Positions 11,691 to 24,297 of a stretch of DNA of 39,383 nt are shown here, in pieces. The notes beneath the pieces were generated by a model. The model did no database searches and was not told the origin of the DNA. It was given only the letters and a program-made list of their open reading frames with translations. The stretch is from Dicyema japonicum (taxonomy: Eukaryota; Animalia; Dicyemida), in assembly GCA_011109175.1 (NCBI GenBank), contig RDEW01000149.1, positions 1 to 39,383 on the forward strand, read 5' to 3'. The position numbers and the translations under genes were made by a program. Within the stretch, counting starts at the first letter, position 1. Each line of letters starts with the position of its first letter.

Positions 11691-12002
11691 TTCTTGTTTG
11701 TTGTTCTTGGGTCCTATTAAATTGGTCGCCATAATTGTTTAGTTCATGAGTTATTCTAAGTCCATAAGTGTGACCACCTAGGCTCGTGACATAATATCAG
11801 GCAGATACATCACAAAATGTAATATGATTAATATGGTAGGATAATCCGTCTCCTTTTTAAATAAACAACAATTTTTCAATATAAATTTTATTAGACCACA
11901 ATACCCTATTAAATGTTTGGAGTTTGAACATTTAGCTATATTTTCTACGATTTTTAATAAGGGGAATTGATATAAAATCGCAATCAGGTGGAAATATGCA
12001 AT

Positions 12003-15000
12003 TATTAATTATTAAAGCACTTTCACGAAAGCCATAATGATTATAGCCCCGCATGTGCAACACTCAAAGAAACAATATTTATAGTTAGTCTTTTCCATTT
12101 TCCTCTGTCGAATGCGAGTGATCTCAATTCGTCCAGGTCGTCTCCCGTCTTTAATTTTTTCTCACACGATTTAAGTCTTTGTTTAGGGCTGTCGGAAGTG
12201 TCGATCTAGGTCGTCCGCGGAAGGGTTTTTCGCATCTGTCAAAGTAATCTTCCATCGCTTTGTTAGCGGGTGCGTCCGGGTTCATTCTTAGTACATGCCC
12301 AAATAGCCTCCACCGGGCATCTATCACATCCTTGCTGATGTAAGAACACATACACTTGTTGTAGATACCAGTGGTTGATATTCTACGTGGCCACTCCATT
12401 CCGAGTAAGCTTCTTAGTTGCCTTCTATGGAACGAATCCAGTTTCAATAGTTCGTTGAAGGAACTTCCCCATGTCCCAGCGTTATACAGTAGGATCGGTT
12501 TCACAAACGCGTTGTAAAGCCTGCATCTGATGTCAATTCCAAGTCCTTTGGCCCTTAGCCATCCTTTCTTCAGTTTAGCCATTGCCGCATTTGCCAGTGT
12601 TTTCCTCCTCAGTACATCTTCAGCGTCTCCTAGTAGAGAGCCGAGCTTATTAGTACGTCTCCATCTTTCTTGAGTAATATCGTCTTCTCTTTTGATTTCC
12701 GTAATTTCAGTTTTGTTAACATTTACGCTGAGAAACCATTTCTCAAGCTCCGCAGGTGCATTTTCTAGCAGGTGTTGGAGTGCGGTCACATCCCGTGATA
12801 CAAAATCCACATCATCCGCATAAGATGTCTCTTCTATGTCTCCTATATAGCATTTACGGAGGTCGCGGAGTGCAGATTCAAGGTATATGGTGAATAGTAA
12901 AGGGGAGAGGGAATCACCCTGGGGTTTCCCAATCGTTGTTTTGAAACTGCGGGAAGTTGCTCCTTCTGTCCTCACAGATAGTCTTGTGTTCGCAACGATT
13001 CGATTCATCCAATATTTGCTCAAGCACATTCATCAGTTTCTGTCTGTTTATTGAGTCGAAAGCTCTGGAGAGATCTATTCCCAACACGGTTGTTGCGCTC
13101 TTGAATCTTTGGTGCGTTGCGCAGCGCCATCTGTGGCTCCATACAATGTCTGCCGTAGACCTCCCTTCTCGGAACCCACTTTGAATTGCTGGTAGGTATA
13201 GATTTGCCATACCCTTTATCCGGCTTAGTGCAATGTTTGCCAGCACCTTGCGTATCGAATTCAGAAGTATTATCGGGCGGAGATTTTCTACTGGTCCTTT
13301 TGATTTGTTCGGTTTTTGTATGGATATTAATAATCCATTTCCAAGTCCTAGATCGGTATTAGTTTCAAAGACGGCATTTAGGGTTTTTGCAATTGTGTCG
13401 CTAAGTTTTTTTGGCTCATATTTTAGGAGCTCAGGGCTTATGTTGTCCGGCCCAGCACTCTTGTTGTTCTTCAGTTTATTTATCGCTAATTCCACCTCTT
13501 CCACTGTGATTGGGATTTTTAGCGCCTTTGCTTCTCCTTGGAAAGGGGGAAAGTCATTATTTTCTTTATTCAACAGTGTTTCGAAGTGTCGTGCAATCAA
13601 TTCTGCTTTTTCTTTCGGGTTACCCACGAATTTTCCATCTTTGTCTTTGATGTGAAGGATGTTTTGTCCTTTCTTTGTCCGCAGCAGCCGCAAAGCCGCA
13701 TACATCCTTGAATTGTCTTTTAGACATTCCACATCTTTTAATAGGGATGTAATAATTTCCCGTGAATGTTTTCTGTTCATCTTTTTGATTTTCCACTTTA
13801 GTTCCCTTTGTTGGATATTAAGCTCTTTTTTTTACTCTCGTCTGACGTGTTTGCCGCTTTTAGTCGTAGCTCTCTGCAATGCTTTGCCATATTTGGCACG
13901 TTCGGGTGGTGATCCAATTTTAGGGCGTGATGATTTCGGACTCCAAGGCATATTTTGGCCGACTTGGAGATTGCCTGTTTTGTTTGATCCCACAGAGTTC
14001 GTACTGATGATTCCGGTGCGGTTTTCACCATAAGAGTCTCGATTTGTTCGTGATATTTAGCTCTACAAGTTGGCTCTAACCACAATTTTTCTGTCTGAAA
14101 GTATATATTGGGTCTTTGTCTCGCCTTCTTCGCGTTTTCAATGTATTTTTTCCCAGTCAGGTGCTTTTTTACACAAAGTTTTGCAATGACGATCCTGTGG
14201 TCGCTGTCGGTTGTTGTTCCCTGGTAGGAACGTGCATCATTTATCAGGTGTTTATCAGACTTTCGGCAGATAATGTAGTCGATTTGATTATATATATTCA
14301 CGGTCTCTCCGACAGAGTTTTTTCTTTGTCCGTGCCACGTCGTCTTGTGGCAAGCTGAGTGCGTAAAGGCCGTGTTGCACAGGAAAAGGCTATTCGCCTC
14401 GCAGAAGTTTACCAGAGAGGCTCCAGATGCATTTCTCCTTCCGCGCCCGTGTCTTCCAATAGAGGATTCTTCGGGCCCCATTCGCATTCCGGCCTTTGCA
14501 TTCATATCTCCCGCAACAAAGACAAGAGACGAGGAAGCATTGTTAGAGTATGTGCTTGATAGTTCTGAGTAGAATTCCTCGAGTTCACTGGGGTTCTTGA
14601 TTACTCGTCCACAGTGTGGTGCATAGACATTTATGACGGTTAGTAGACTCTTGGACGGGCATAGTTCATTTAGTTTGACTTGTAGGACACATATTCGGTC
14701 GTTGACTCTCCAAAAGCGATGTAATTTTTTGAGGTAATCCACGTGTAGGGCAAATCCCATGCCGTAGTGCTTGCATTCAGTTGGGAAGAGAATCAGTCGG
14801 TAGTTGTTCCATGTCTCATCGCGTCCATTTTCGATTTTCGTCTCTTGTAGGCAGCCAATAGATATTTTGTATTTCTCGAGATCGTCACAAAGTACTTTCC
14901 TTGTCCAATCTTTCGATATTCCACGTACGTTGAACGTCATTAGCCTGAGTTCTCGATTGTATGATGAGTGTTTTTCAGACATTTTTCTTAACCGTTGTAC

Positions 15001-15112
15001 AGAGAAGAAACGAGGCACGTCACCACCTCACCAAAAAAATCTTCCTTCCAACTAGGGGTTGGTGTAAGGAACGAATGCGAGGCGGCCGTGCATGCTCACT
15101 ATTTGTATGTAC
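12003..15112 (-). mobile_element. Full-length RTE-like single-ORF LINE (APE+RT) with a few frameshifts and a captured 5' insert
   Basis: 12-bp TSD GAAATATGCAAT at 11991-12002 and 15113-15124; (TAA)n tail; ORF pieces 13798-14982, 12914-13780 and 12151-13029 carry TFNVRG, CLQETK, GDMNA, SDH, LRPI, RAFD, PQGD, YADD. Confidence 0.92.
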
Positions 15113-16202
15113 GAAATATGCAATATGTTTGAAAAATAAAATATATAATAAATTCCACTATATTCGAGAAACAAATTCATATTCTTTCATTTTAGTCTAA
15201 CAAAATATATTTTAAATACCTAAAAGAGCTTTTGGACCTCAATGATATGGACTCCTTCTTGCTCTTCTTGTCGGATCTAAGGAAAACCAGGAAGATTCCA
15301 ATCAAGATCCCAACACCCGTCCGGATCCCCGCGGTACATGCCTGGCCTCTGTAATTGACGATGCTCTCACGTCCGACGACCAAGAGGTCTATCTAATACT
15401 CTTCAGTTTCGCCCCGCTGACACTTGGAATTCCATTTTTGATTTAAAAGAAGATCAACAAAACACATAGAAAGAACGACACTTGGGAACTCCCTTTCCTT
15501 GAAAATGAAGAACATTCAGGTTTTCATTCTCTCACCAAGACGTAAGTCCTGAAACCATAACACCTTGAAGCCAATCCTGCGTTTTCTTTGAGTGGCCCGG
15601 ACATACTTGGAAAGAGTAAATCGTAAATTATTTGAAGGCGACGTCCAAGCGGTGTTGCGCATCGTTGCCAGCGACGATACCGTCATGACCAAGACGCCCG
15701 AAGCGCTCGAACTACTCAGACAAAAACATCAATGTCCCCCGTCAGATTACCGCCCATCCATGCTTCCGGGAAATGTTCCAAGAACGACCGTCACTGAAAG
15801 CGAAGCGCGGTGCGGCATTTCGTCGTTTACGGCGAGTAGCAATGGAGATCTCGATGGCTTGCGGCCATGTCACATCAAGAATCTTACGGCTAGGACTACT
15901 GCAGAAGCTGACTGCAACCCTGTCAAATCAATTACAAAACTGGATATGGGTATTGTGAACGGAGATATTCCTTTTCACAGAAGGGAGTTTTTTTTCAGTG
16001 CCAAATCTACTCGCCTTCAAAAAACCTGAAGACGGGATCCGCTCCATCGCGGTTGGTAACTATTTCAGAAGACTGACAGCAAATATCATATGCAGTATTG
16101 TCTGTCTAAGAATATCTGAAGAATTTTCTTCCTTCCAACTAGGGGTTGGTGTAAGGAACGAATGCGAGGCGGCCGTGCATGCTCACTATTTGTATGTACG
16201 AA
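15040..16202 (+). repeat. Identical 76-bp direct repeat (15040-15115 = 16127-16202)
   Basis: TCTTCCTTCCAACTAGGGG...TTTGTATGTACGAA is present twice with no mismatch seen. Confidence 0.95.
15230..16202 (+). mobile_element. CRE-type RLE non-LTR retrotransposon, N-terminal/RT fragment
   Basis: RVNRKLFEGDVQAVLRIV, LRQKH, DGLRPCH, DGIRSIAVGNYFRRL, QLGVGVRNECEAAVHA; frameshifted and 3'-truncated. Confidence 0.8.
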
Positions 16203-16214
16203 TAATTATTTTCC

Positions 16215-16707
16215 ACCCATATCAGTTGAACTCTATGATTGGGTGAGGAATCCTTTTGCTGAGTACGAAATAACTGGAAACGAGCTATCATTAAAAGAGG
16301 AATAGCATGCGTTTGTTTCAAGTGACAGAACGTTAAAAATGGAATATTTACAGCTTTATATTGATTCGTTTTGGCTGATTGTCAAAAAAGAATATCCTAT
16401 TCTGGCAAACAAAGCTTTAAGAGTTTTGGTCCAGTTTTCAACGACCTATCTCCGTGAAGGTTGATTTTCTGCATTAACAAATACACGCGAACATACTGTA
16501 TGTGGAAGAAGACCTGCGTTTATCCATGTCAAGGAGAAGGCCAAATATTACAAAGCTATGCAAGAGACATCAGACTCAACCATCTTACTGACTAGCACTT
16601 TTTTATATTAGTAAAATACTGATAATTGTTAAAAACTTATAAGGGGTAAGTATAAAATGAAAAATGTCGATGGGGTTCCGTGCTCTCAAAAAGGTTGGGA
16701 ACCACTG
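16215..16707 (+). mobile_element. hAT (Buster/Charlie-type) transposon 3' remnant with right TIR
   Basis: YDWVRNPF...FWLIVKKEYPILANKALRVLVQFSTTYL.EG.FS...EEDLRL dimerisation domain; right end reads CAGTGGTTCCCAACCTTTTT on the minus strand; flank ATTTAGAG fits the nnnTAnnn Buster target. Confidence 0.85.
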
Positions 16708-17503
16708 ATTTAGAGTAACATCTTTCAGCTACGTATACAGTAACGAAAAGGTTGTTTATCAACAAAAGAATTACTAGCACATATCGTTCAAAATCACCCA
16801 TCAACCCCATTAGATCCAAGCGAAACAAATTGGGATGGACATTACACATTTGACAACTACCAGATAATATTAGTAAAACATCATAAATCATTCATTAACA
16901 ATTTTATAGACTTTACCAATTTATCTGGATTACTGATTTTAATGACACACATTGACTCAACCACCAATCCAGAATCTTCAAATCTTCCAAATCTAAATGT
17001 CAGATGTTCTGGATCAGTCGATTTGATGGTCTAAATTTCATAATCTCCAGCTTCCAAAAGCTGTTAGAAACGTTATACTTAATGAGCACAGCAGAAATAC
17101 TTTTTAACACGACAGATTAGATCATAGTTTTTATTGATGCATTTTAGAATCAATTGATAACTTTAAAATAACCAACCACCTATTGCGTGTCACCTGTAAT
17201 CCTTATACCTGTAAATTTTTACTCAGAGGAAGTCTAACTAAATCACTGGGCATGAAATCAAATTTTATGATATTTTAACAAATTTGTTAAAACTTTTAGA
17301 AATTATGGAATATGTGCAATTTTTATAGTGACATAAATATAAGTTGTGGATAATCCGAGATATTAAACAAAAAAATAAATTAAAACAAAAGAATACAATT
17401 ATTTAGTTAAATGGCCGGAAAATTATATACAAATTGGTCGGAAAATTGGATTAACAAATAGCTGAAGATTCGTCATAAAAAGGCGAAAATTGTCAAAATT
17501 TCA

Positions 17504-19802
17504 ATGTTTCTGTTACTAATTATAAGACTTATATCGAACTGTAGTTTTTTGTGTAAAAAAAGATGAAAACCTGGAAATCAAGACAGCAAATGTTAAGGAA
17601 AAAACAAATCAAATGCACAGTCTTATGTGTTCAAAAGGTTATACGCTTATCAGCTGTTCATATACTGGAAATCCGTTGGGATTAGATAGAGATGGTAGTA
17701 TTTGTACTGGAGTCGGAAAAGATTTTTCTGTAATCTTGATATGTAAAAAAGATGAAAATCGAATGTGTCCCAATCCTACAGTACAAGACTGAGATGATAT
17801 CCAAGTTAACAACCCAAGACATGGATACTATTACCTGTCCTAGCGGATATTATTTGAAAAGTTGTGGGGCAGTATTAGAGTAANTACAAAGACTGAGATG
17901 ATATCCAAGTTAACAACCCAAGACATGGATACTATTACCTGTCCTAGCGGATATTATTTGAAAAGTTGTGGGGCAGTATTAGAGTAAATAATATATTAAA
18001 CCAAGTTTTAAAAAATTCAAAGTCTCATTTGCTTCACCAAAATGTACTATTAAGCAAATCAAAAAATCCGATTACAATGAGGGAATTTACCAGGCAATTT
18101 GTACGAGTAAGTATTTTGATGAATTATGATAGAAACTGTCTTTAAGAAATTCGTTAATACTTTATTCAAGGATGGTAATGGAATTTATACTTCGTCTTAT
18201 GTTTGTCCAAAAGGATCCATGATATTCTCGTGTAATTGCGAAGATGAAAATATGTGCGAGTCAACAGAAATCTACAAAAACAAATGCATTGTCAAATATA
18301 CTGGCAATTCTAAAAATGTCAAAGTATAAAATGACTAATTCAAGGGGTACACTCTCTGTTCGGAAAATTCTGATGTTAAAAAAGGCCAGAAATGATCAGG
18401 ACATTAACTTTGTCGCCTCATGCTCTATAAAGATTGGGTAGATTGTAATATTGAGAAATAGACCAAATTCGGATGAGACTTACAAACAAATAAAGGACCG
18501 GCTAACATCAGACTGCACTCTCAATCCTCCATGTAAAGACTGCCAAGTCAAACCAATCAAATTTAGTAAATATAACCTTAATTCTAGCTTCCAAATCAAT
18601 GGTGATAATCGCACCTAACAATGCTCCAGCCACGTGTCCCAAAAACCGGATATTAACTAACTGTCAGGCTCTTCATTCACCCAGCCGAGTTGAAAACAAC
18701 AAATGTTACGCAAATAATGTCAAATCAGGAAATAGTCTAACACAAGTGATTCTATGTAGCATTTCAGGCTGTTGCCACGTGTATTAAAAAACCATGCAAT
18801 TCGGATATCATCTATAAACGATTTACTCCTCATAATAATAAAAAATATGGGAGATATGCTGCCCAATGTGACAAAGGTGAAAAGATGTTAAACTGTATGA
18901 TTGAGGATGTAAAGTTTGTTTATGGTTATTATTAAGACATCCTGTATCTATATTTTATAAACAAACTGATATAAACAAATGCACCATTGATGGTAACAGT
19001 TTTGAAGATTATAGAAGTTTGTCAAAAAGATAAACCAAAGTTACAGTTTTTATTACAAATTTTTAGTAACCCCAAAGGGACGGTTTTTAATCTATCAAGT
19101 CAAGTCGTTTATCATTCAAAGGCTGGAATATCGAATAAAGTGGTTGTCACGTGTCCAAAGGATTATTCTTTAACCAAATGTAATCCAGTCTATTCCGGGT
19201 ATAGCTACATCAGTGGTAACAATTGCTATGCCTATGCTTCTAACGATAATGCATACAGCCAGGTCTTTCCCTTTACTTATTTTTAGGTGGAAGGCACATG
19301 TGTCAAAAATAACAATATTACGCCTACTTCCAAGCCCAAAAATGGAGTTGATCAATATTTCTCAAGCATAACAGACGTGAGGGGAAGTAAAGGAGAAGTT
19401 TCAGAAAATTCATGTCCTCCTGGTTTCAAAGTTATAAGCTGTGAATGCTCTGATAATTCCGATTGTTATGGAACAAGATTGGTAGAAGATGGAAGCACAT
19501 GTTTCTCAGAATCAGATAGTAGGGACAATCAGGTTACTAAGTTAGTGGTATTATAGGTCGTTATGAAATGCGGAAAGTTCAAAGACTCAACTCGTAATAT
19601 AAAATATGAGACAGAAACTATGCCTTATCAGAAGGTTGAGAACTCGTTATATAGAGAAAATAAGACTATCATCTCATGCATGTATTCCTCAATGTGTAAA
19701 GATTCCAAACACAAAAACCAAGTCTTTTTAAGGAATAATAGATGTGAATTTAAAAATGAACCCAACTTAATTGGAACTCTCACATATGCTATCCTTAATT
19801 AG
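17504..19802 (+). CDS. Secreted Cys-rich protein (~630 aa) of tandem resistin/PCSK9-C-terminal-like modules, 14 exons
   Basis: Open model after removing GT-AG introns 17541-62, 17781-805, 17984-18005, 18107-32, 18324-44, 18375-99, 18438-61, 18566-87, 18746-67, 18914-36, 18993-19014, 19263-86, 19533-56 (21-26 nt) and one copy of the n-gap duplication; repeated CPxGxxLxSC...C...AxC modules; hydrophobic N-terminus; individual intron calls are inferred. Confidence 0.7.
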
Positions 19803-21416
19803 AAGGACTAACTAATTACTAACAACATTAATGTCTAATTTTTGGTTAATAAAACTTATAATTTAGTTTTGAATATAATTTCACTACTACAAAAGGCTTA
19901 AAGCTAACAAACACTCTTTTCTTTGAAAGACCAAATCAAATAATCTAACTACTGGAGAAATAATCCTTATTAATATTTCTATGTGACTTGTTTTTTCTAA
20001 ATGATTTAATTTCGAGGCCAAAGAACCATTAGTTTTGTGATTAAATGGTTTAACTGATTTAATAGATGATTTAATAACATAATTAGTCACTTAAGCGAAT
20101 AACAAAATATTACAAAACATTTACATATCAAGTTGTAGACATGGTGGTTTCTTGCAAAAATGTTTCATTCGATTTATCTAGGAAAGTTACTAAATAATAA
20201 CAAAAGACTATGCCCAAGACGAAAGATGTTTTTAATACTGAACATTTCTTTCTGAAATTATAGTTGACCAAGTTCAAAATGTGGACCGAAAACAATGTGC
20301 TGTGGAAGTCGTTGAGTCTGAAAAATACAGATTTAAGAGGATAACCCGTATTGGTTGGCTTCTGATTACAAACTCTTTTAACCTCTACCAATTTTAAGTA
20401 CTTGCTCTCCTCATGTCGAGTGAATCACTTTATGGTTTCCAGTAGAGGAAACAGATGGCTGAAGTTTTAAAATGATTTGAGGAGTCCCGATGCCAAATTG
20501 AAAAAGTAGTCACAACTGGAGGGAACCTTCGTATTCCTACCAGTAAATTTCCCAGAAATATGCTTAGATAGGATATGTTGATTGGAATTAATGCAGCAAT
20601 CAATGAATATATTGATTCTTTGCCTAATTGGATATCACTGATATCATATGCAGTCACTTATGAGGCTCTTCCAATTAGAAAAACACTAAAAGTAGTTGGG
20701 AAGAGTCAATGAAAAGCAAACTCACTAAATTTATGCAACAAATGGAGTAAATTCAAACGAATAGTGAAATGAACTGGAAGAAGTAATGTGACAAAGAAAT
20801 ACGCAATTATTTATGCTCATATGGCTTAAAAAATCGAAGAGGGGAGAATTCGAGATGGTCACCTCATTGAGAAAAATTGAGAGTTTATGAATCGAGAAAG
20901 AGGTAATGTTAGGGACTGATAAAAAATATTTCTTTGTTTTAGGTATTTTCGCCTAGGTTTGCTAGAAACGCCAAGACTTTCCAACTTCTGATCTAAACAT
21001 GTTGACATTATGGCGATTGACGGCTATTTTAAAACATTTCAATCAATACAAATACCATTCCAATAAGTGAAAAAATTCAATTATTGGACTTGACCTGAAA
21101 GCCATTAAACAGCAGACTTTACTATTTCTTACCGCTCTATCTCCGTTACATATATCACGATGAGGATAGACGACCATAAGTGAAGCAATATCAACCAGAA
21201 AAAGCAACATTCACACCAAACGAAATTTTCTATCACAAATAATTGATTTTTCAGGTAAAATTGTGTGAAAATATTTTTGACATCATTTAATGAAAATTAA
21301 TTTGTATTTGAGAACCTTTAAAAATAATTTAGCTGATTATGTTGCATGCAAATCAGATTACTCATAGAAATATTACCATGGATCATGTACCGTCTTAATG
21401 GAATATTTAATATATT

Positions 21417-21875
21417 GGTCGAGGTGGTGACGACACCTCTATTCCACTATGTCTTATTCGTATTCCTTACCGACTTCTCCGTTCACTTTGGGATCTTTCA
21501 ATTGCAGAGGACTAAAACAACCCTACAAGAAACACCAACTGGTATGCGATCTAGCCAAATATGACGTCTCTGTATGCTGTCTACAAGAGACAAAAACGAC
21601 CCTACAATGTACAGAAATGTTTGGAAAATTCCACCTTTTTATTATGGTCTCGGATTTGCAGTTCATCAAGACCTGATTCACTACGTTACAAGAGTGTGGA
21701 CATCATCTGATATTATAATGGAAATGGCGGACGACCTGGACTACCTAAGAGAACTAGTGCGCAACAGAAAATCATGGTCGAAGCTGACGGAGAGGATGAT
21801 TCGGAATACGGCACAAGGGGAACTTAACTAATTTTATGTTTTCTCGGGAATGCTTTTTAATAATAATTAATAATA
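21417..21875 (+). mobile_element. ~460-bp bipartite (internally deleted) derivative of the RTE-like family
   Basis: Family 5' motif GGTCGAGGTGGTGACG and APE start (SFNCRG, CLQETK, YGLGFAVH) fused to the family C-terminus (DDLDYLRELVRNRKSWSKL*) and a (TAA)n tail. Confidence 0.75.
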
Positions 21876-21969
21876 AAATCAATGCTAAAATCAATAATCG
21901 AGAGAAATTTAACTACTTGTGGTTAAATTAATTTCACAAAATCCCACTTATTGGTAGGATTCAGGAACG

Positions 21970-22560
21970 AGGTGGACGCCTCAGCTTTTGAAGCTTAGGT
22001 GAATGATAAAGTACCTTTTGGGCCCGTGGCACATAACATGTCTCGGGTAATCCCCAAGGAAACTCACTCAGTAGTGCTAGTCTTCGGGGATGATGATGTA
22101 CTAGATCACATCAAGGAGGTCTACCCCACGGAGCAAAAGATCGAGCGCTTCAAGAATGAGGGCAGGAGGCGCCGGACCATGAAGGTATGGCTTCGATCAT
22201 GAGCAGAGGCAGAAAGGATCTGCCTAGTGAAGGTACGAATTGGTTACTTTAGGTTCGGTGTGGCCCGAGAGCACCGGTAGCAATCTAGTACTACAATGCC
22301 ATGGATTCGGTCACACCAGCCACCGATGCACTTATAAAGAGAAGTGCCTAAATTGCGGGGGCCCATCCCAATCCAAAGTCAGGTCTTTCAAGTGCGTGAA
22401 CTGTCGAAAAGAAAAACACAAGACGAGCCACTCGAAATGCCCTTTGTTTCATAAAGCTACAGAGAAAGTACTACAGGGGAAAAGACAGGTGCCATCCTCT
22501 GGAGTGGCCAGCGATGTAAGCGCTGTCCACCGTGTAGTAATCGCTACTACAGCAGCTCTA
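21970..22560 (+). mobile_element. Degenerate gag-like LINE ORF1 fragment with CCHC zinc knuckles
   Basis: QCHGFGHTSHRC..KEKCLNCGG...KCVNC...HKTSHSKCP. Confidence 0.7.
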
Positions 22561-23007
22561 CAGCACCCACACCAGTTACATTGTGATCAACAGTTTTTTT
22601 TGCTAAGTTACAATGTCCGACATAATTTTTTTATTATCAAAGAATTTAACCATCCTTAATCAGACATAGATTTCTCTCAGTTAAAGAGGAGTGATTTCCA
22701 TCTACCCATGCAAAGATTCAGTAATAATTTACTTATGTGTCTTTCAAACATTGACAAATAGAACTTAGCAGGATTTTAAATACAAAATAGGTAAAAGCTA
22801 TGATTCCACGACATAGGATCTCTTAGTTATAAATAAGCTACCTAGTGTTTATGGACGACTTAATAATATTGTCCAGGTAATAAAACTCAACGGTTATGGT
22901 GATGAATAAGTAAATTTTTTATTTGAAGCCGCTGGACAGAATTAAATGTCGAAAAATCTGCAACTAGTGTGTCACTAGAAGCGAATTTGCTTGAGAGAAT
23001 CGATATA

Positions 23008-23340
23008 GATTGGATTCTTTCTCGAACTCGATGATGCTCAGCTCGGCGCAGTCTGCTGGATCGACAGCCGATCCGGCCGAGAAAATCAAGATTAAAAAAT
23101 ATGGCGAAATTGGAAACCGCTACCGTTTTGTACCGGTAGCAATCGAGACGTCTGGTGCGGCTGGAAGTATTACAGCCTCTTTCCTAAAGGAAATTGGGGG
23201 AAAATTGGCCCACCGCAAGAAAGACGTGCGGGAAGAGGTCTGGCTCAGGCAAAAAATTGGTATCGCAGTTGTTCGCGGAAACGCTTACTCCGTGATGTCA
23301 GCAGCCGCTCTCCCCATAGTTAATAAATAATATTTTATTG
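23008..23340 (+). mobile_element. CRE-type RLE retrotransposon 3' end
   Basis: AEKIKIKKY...YRFVPVAIETSG...WLRQKIGIAVVRGNA. Confidence 0.85.
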
Positions 23341-23745
23341 TTAATAAATTTTTCACATAAAAAAAAATCCCACGATAAAAGAAATAAAATCCTTCCAATG
23401 TCACACAAGTCCGTAAAAACCTACATAAAGTGTATAAAAAGTCCATTCCTTGCAATTTTGTAAACCACTCCAGTGGAGTGGGGAAACCAAATGATCTTTT
23501 TTCTGTCACCATGGCACTGGATCACATGAAGCCACTCTATTAGAAAAGGGGAAAAGGTAGAACAGAAGAAAAAGGAGAAATAAACAATCAAGTAAACACC
23601 ACGGGAACCCGAATTAATTTACCACGTAACATTCCATAAAAAACACCATAAATTTTACTAAAAATACAATTGATATATAAAAACTATATTTTAGTTTAAA
23701 TGAATTTAAATATTAAATAAATTATTTCCATAACAACAAGTGAGA

Positions 23746-24297
23746 ATGAATAAACGAACCAATGCTCAAAATACTAAGAAAAAAGTTGGACCTAAACTTG
23801 AACTGTCCGATGAACAAAAACAGGAAATAAGAGAAGCATTCGACCTGTTCGACAGTGAGGGATCGGGGACAATCGACGCCAAGGAATTGAAGGTAATTTC
23901 CCTCTTATATAAAACAGGTTGCCATGAGGGCGCTTGGATTCGAACCAACGAAAGAGGAGATACGGAAACTCGTATCCGAGATCGAGAAGGATTCTTCTGA
24001 TCGAATTGACTTTGCTGGATTTCTCACCGTGATGACAAAAAAGATGGTTGAACGAGACCCACGTGAAGAAATATTAAAGGCTTTTAAGCTGTTTGACGAT
24101 GATGAAACTGGCAAAATTTCATTTAAGAACCTAAAAAGAGTAGCACGTGAATTGGGAGAGAATCTGACTGATGAAGAACTGCAGGTGTGAGTCGATAATA
24201 TTATTAGGAAATGATTGATGAGGCAGACAAGGACGGAGATGGGGAAATAAATGAGGATGAGTTTATTAGAATTATTAGAAAGACCAGTCTTTATTGA
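23746..24297 (+). CDS. CETN: Centrin (caltractin), 167 aa, 3 exons
   Basis: Exons 23746-23892, 23918-24184, 24208-24297; introns of 25 and 23 nt; [20 protein letters not shown]|[10 protein letters not shown]...ELQ|[19 protein letters not shown]...KTSLY*. Confidence 0.96.

Larger units (their letters stand above)
9395..11791. mobile_element. Non-autonomous TGT...ACA element with terminal inverted repeats and 5-bp TSD (Ginger2-like or unusual solo LTR)
   Basis: Left TGTCACGAGCCTAGG (9395-9409, restarted at 9411 as TGTTCCCGAGCCTAGGTGGTTACACTT); right AAGTGTGACCACCTAGGCTCGTGACA (11766-11791); TAATA at 9390-9394 and 11792-11796. Confidence 0.7.

Noticed and set aside
955-14572. Many short ORFs antisense to LINE coding regions
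   Set aside because: Shadow ORFs of the retrotransposon reading frames, with no motifs
16744-17034. ~96-codon stop-free + frame with faint APE-like words
   Set aside because: No upstream start codon and no convincing motif
17782-17987. ~100-bp tandem duplication that looks like an exon duplication
   Set aside because: The copies abut a single n and differ by one base inside a predicted intron; most likely unmerged contig or haplotype overlap
17540-19035. Four apparent +1 frameshifts suggesting programmed frameshifting or editing
   Set aside because: Each is resolved by a 22- or 25-nt GT-AG intron of the size seen in centrin and CBP20
20400-21066. Long + frame with scattered stops suggesting an alternative genetic code or R4-like relic
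   Set aside because: Stop density is near random expectation, there is no diagnostic motif, and host genes use standard stops
23465-23481. Perfect hairpin CCACTCC-AGT-GGAGTGG
   Set aside because: Isolated 7-bp stem with no second copy or supporting context
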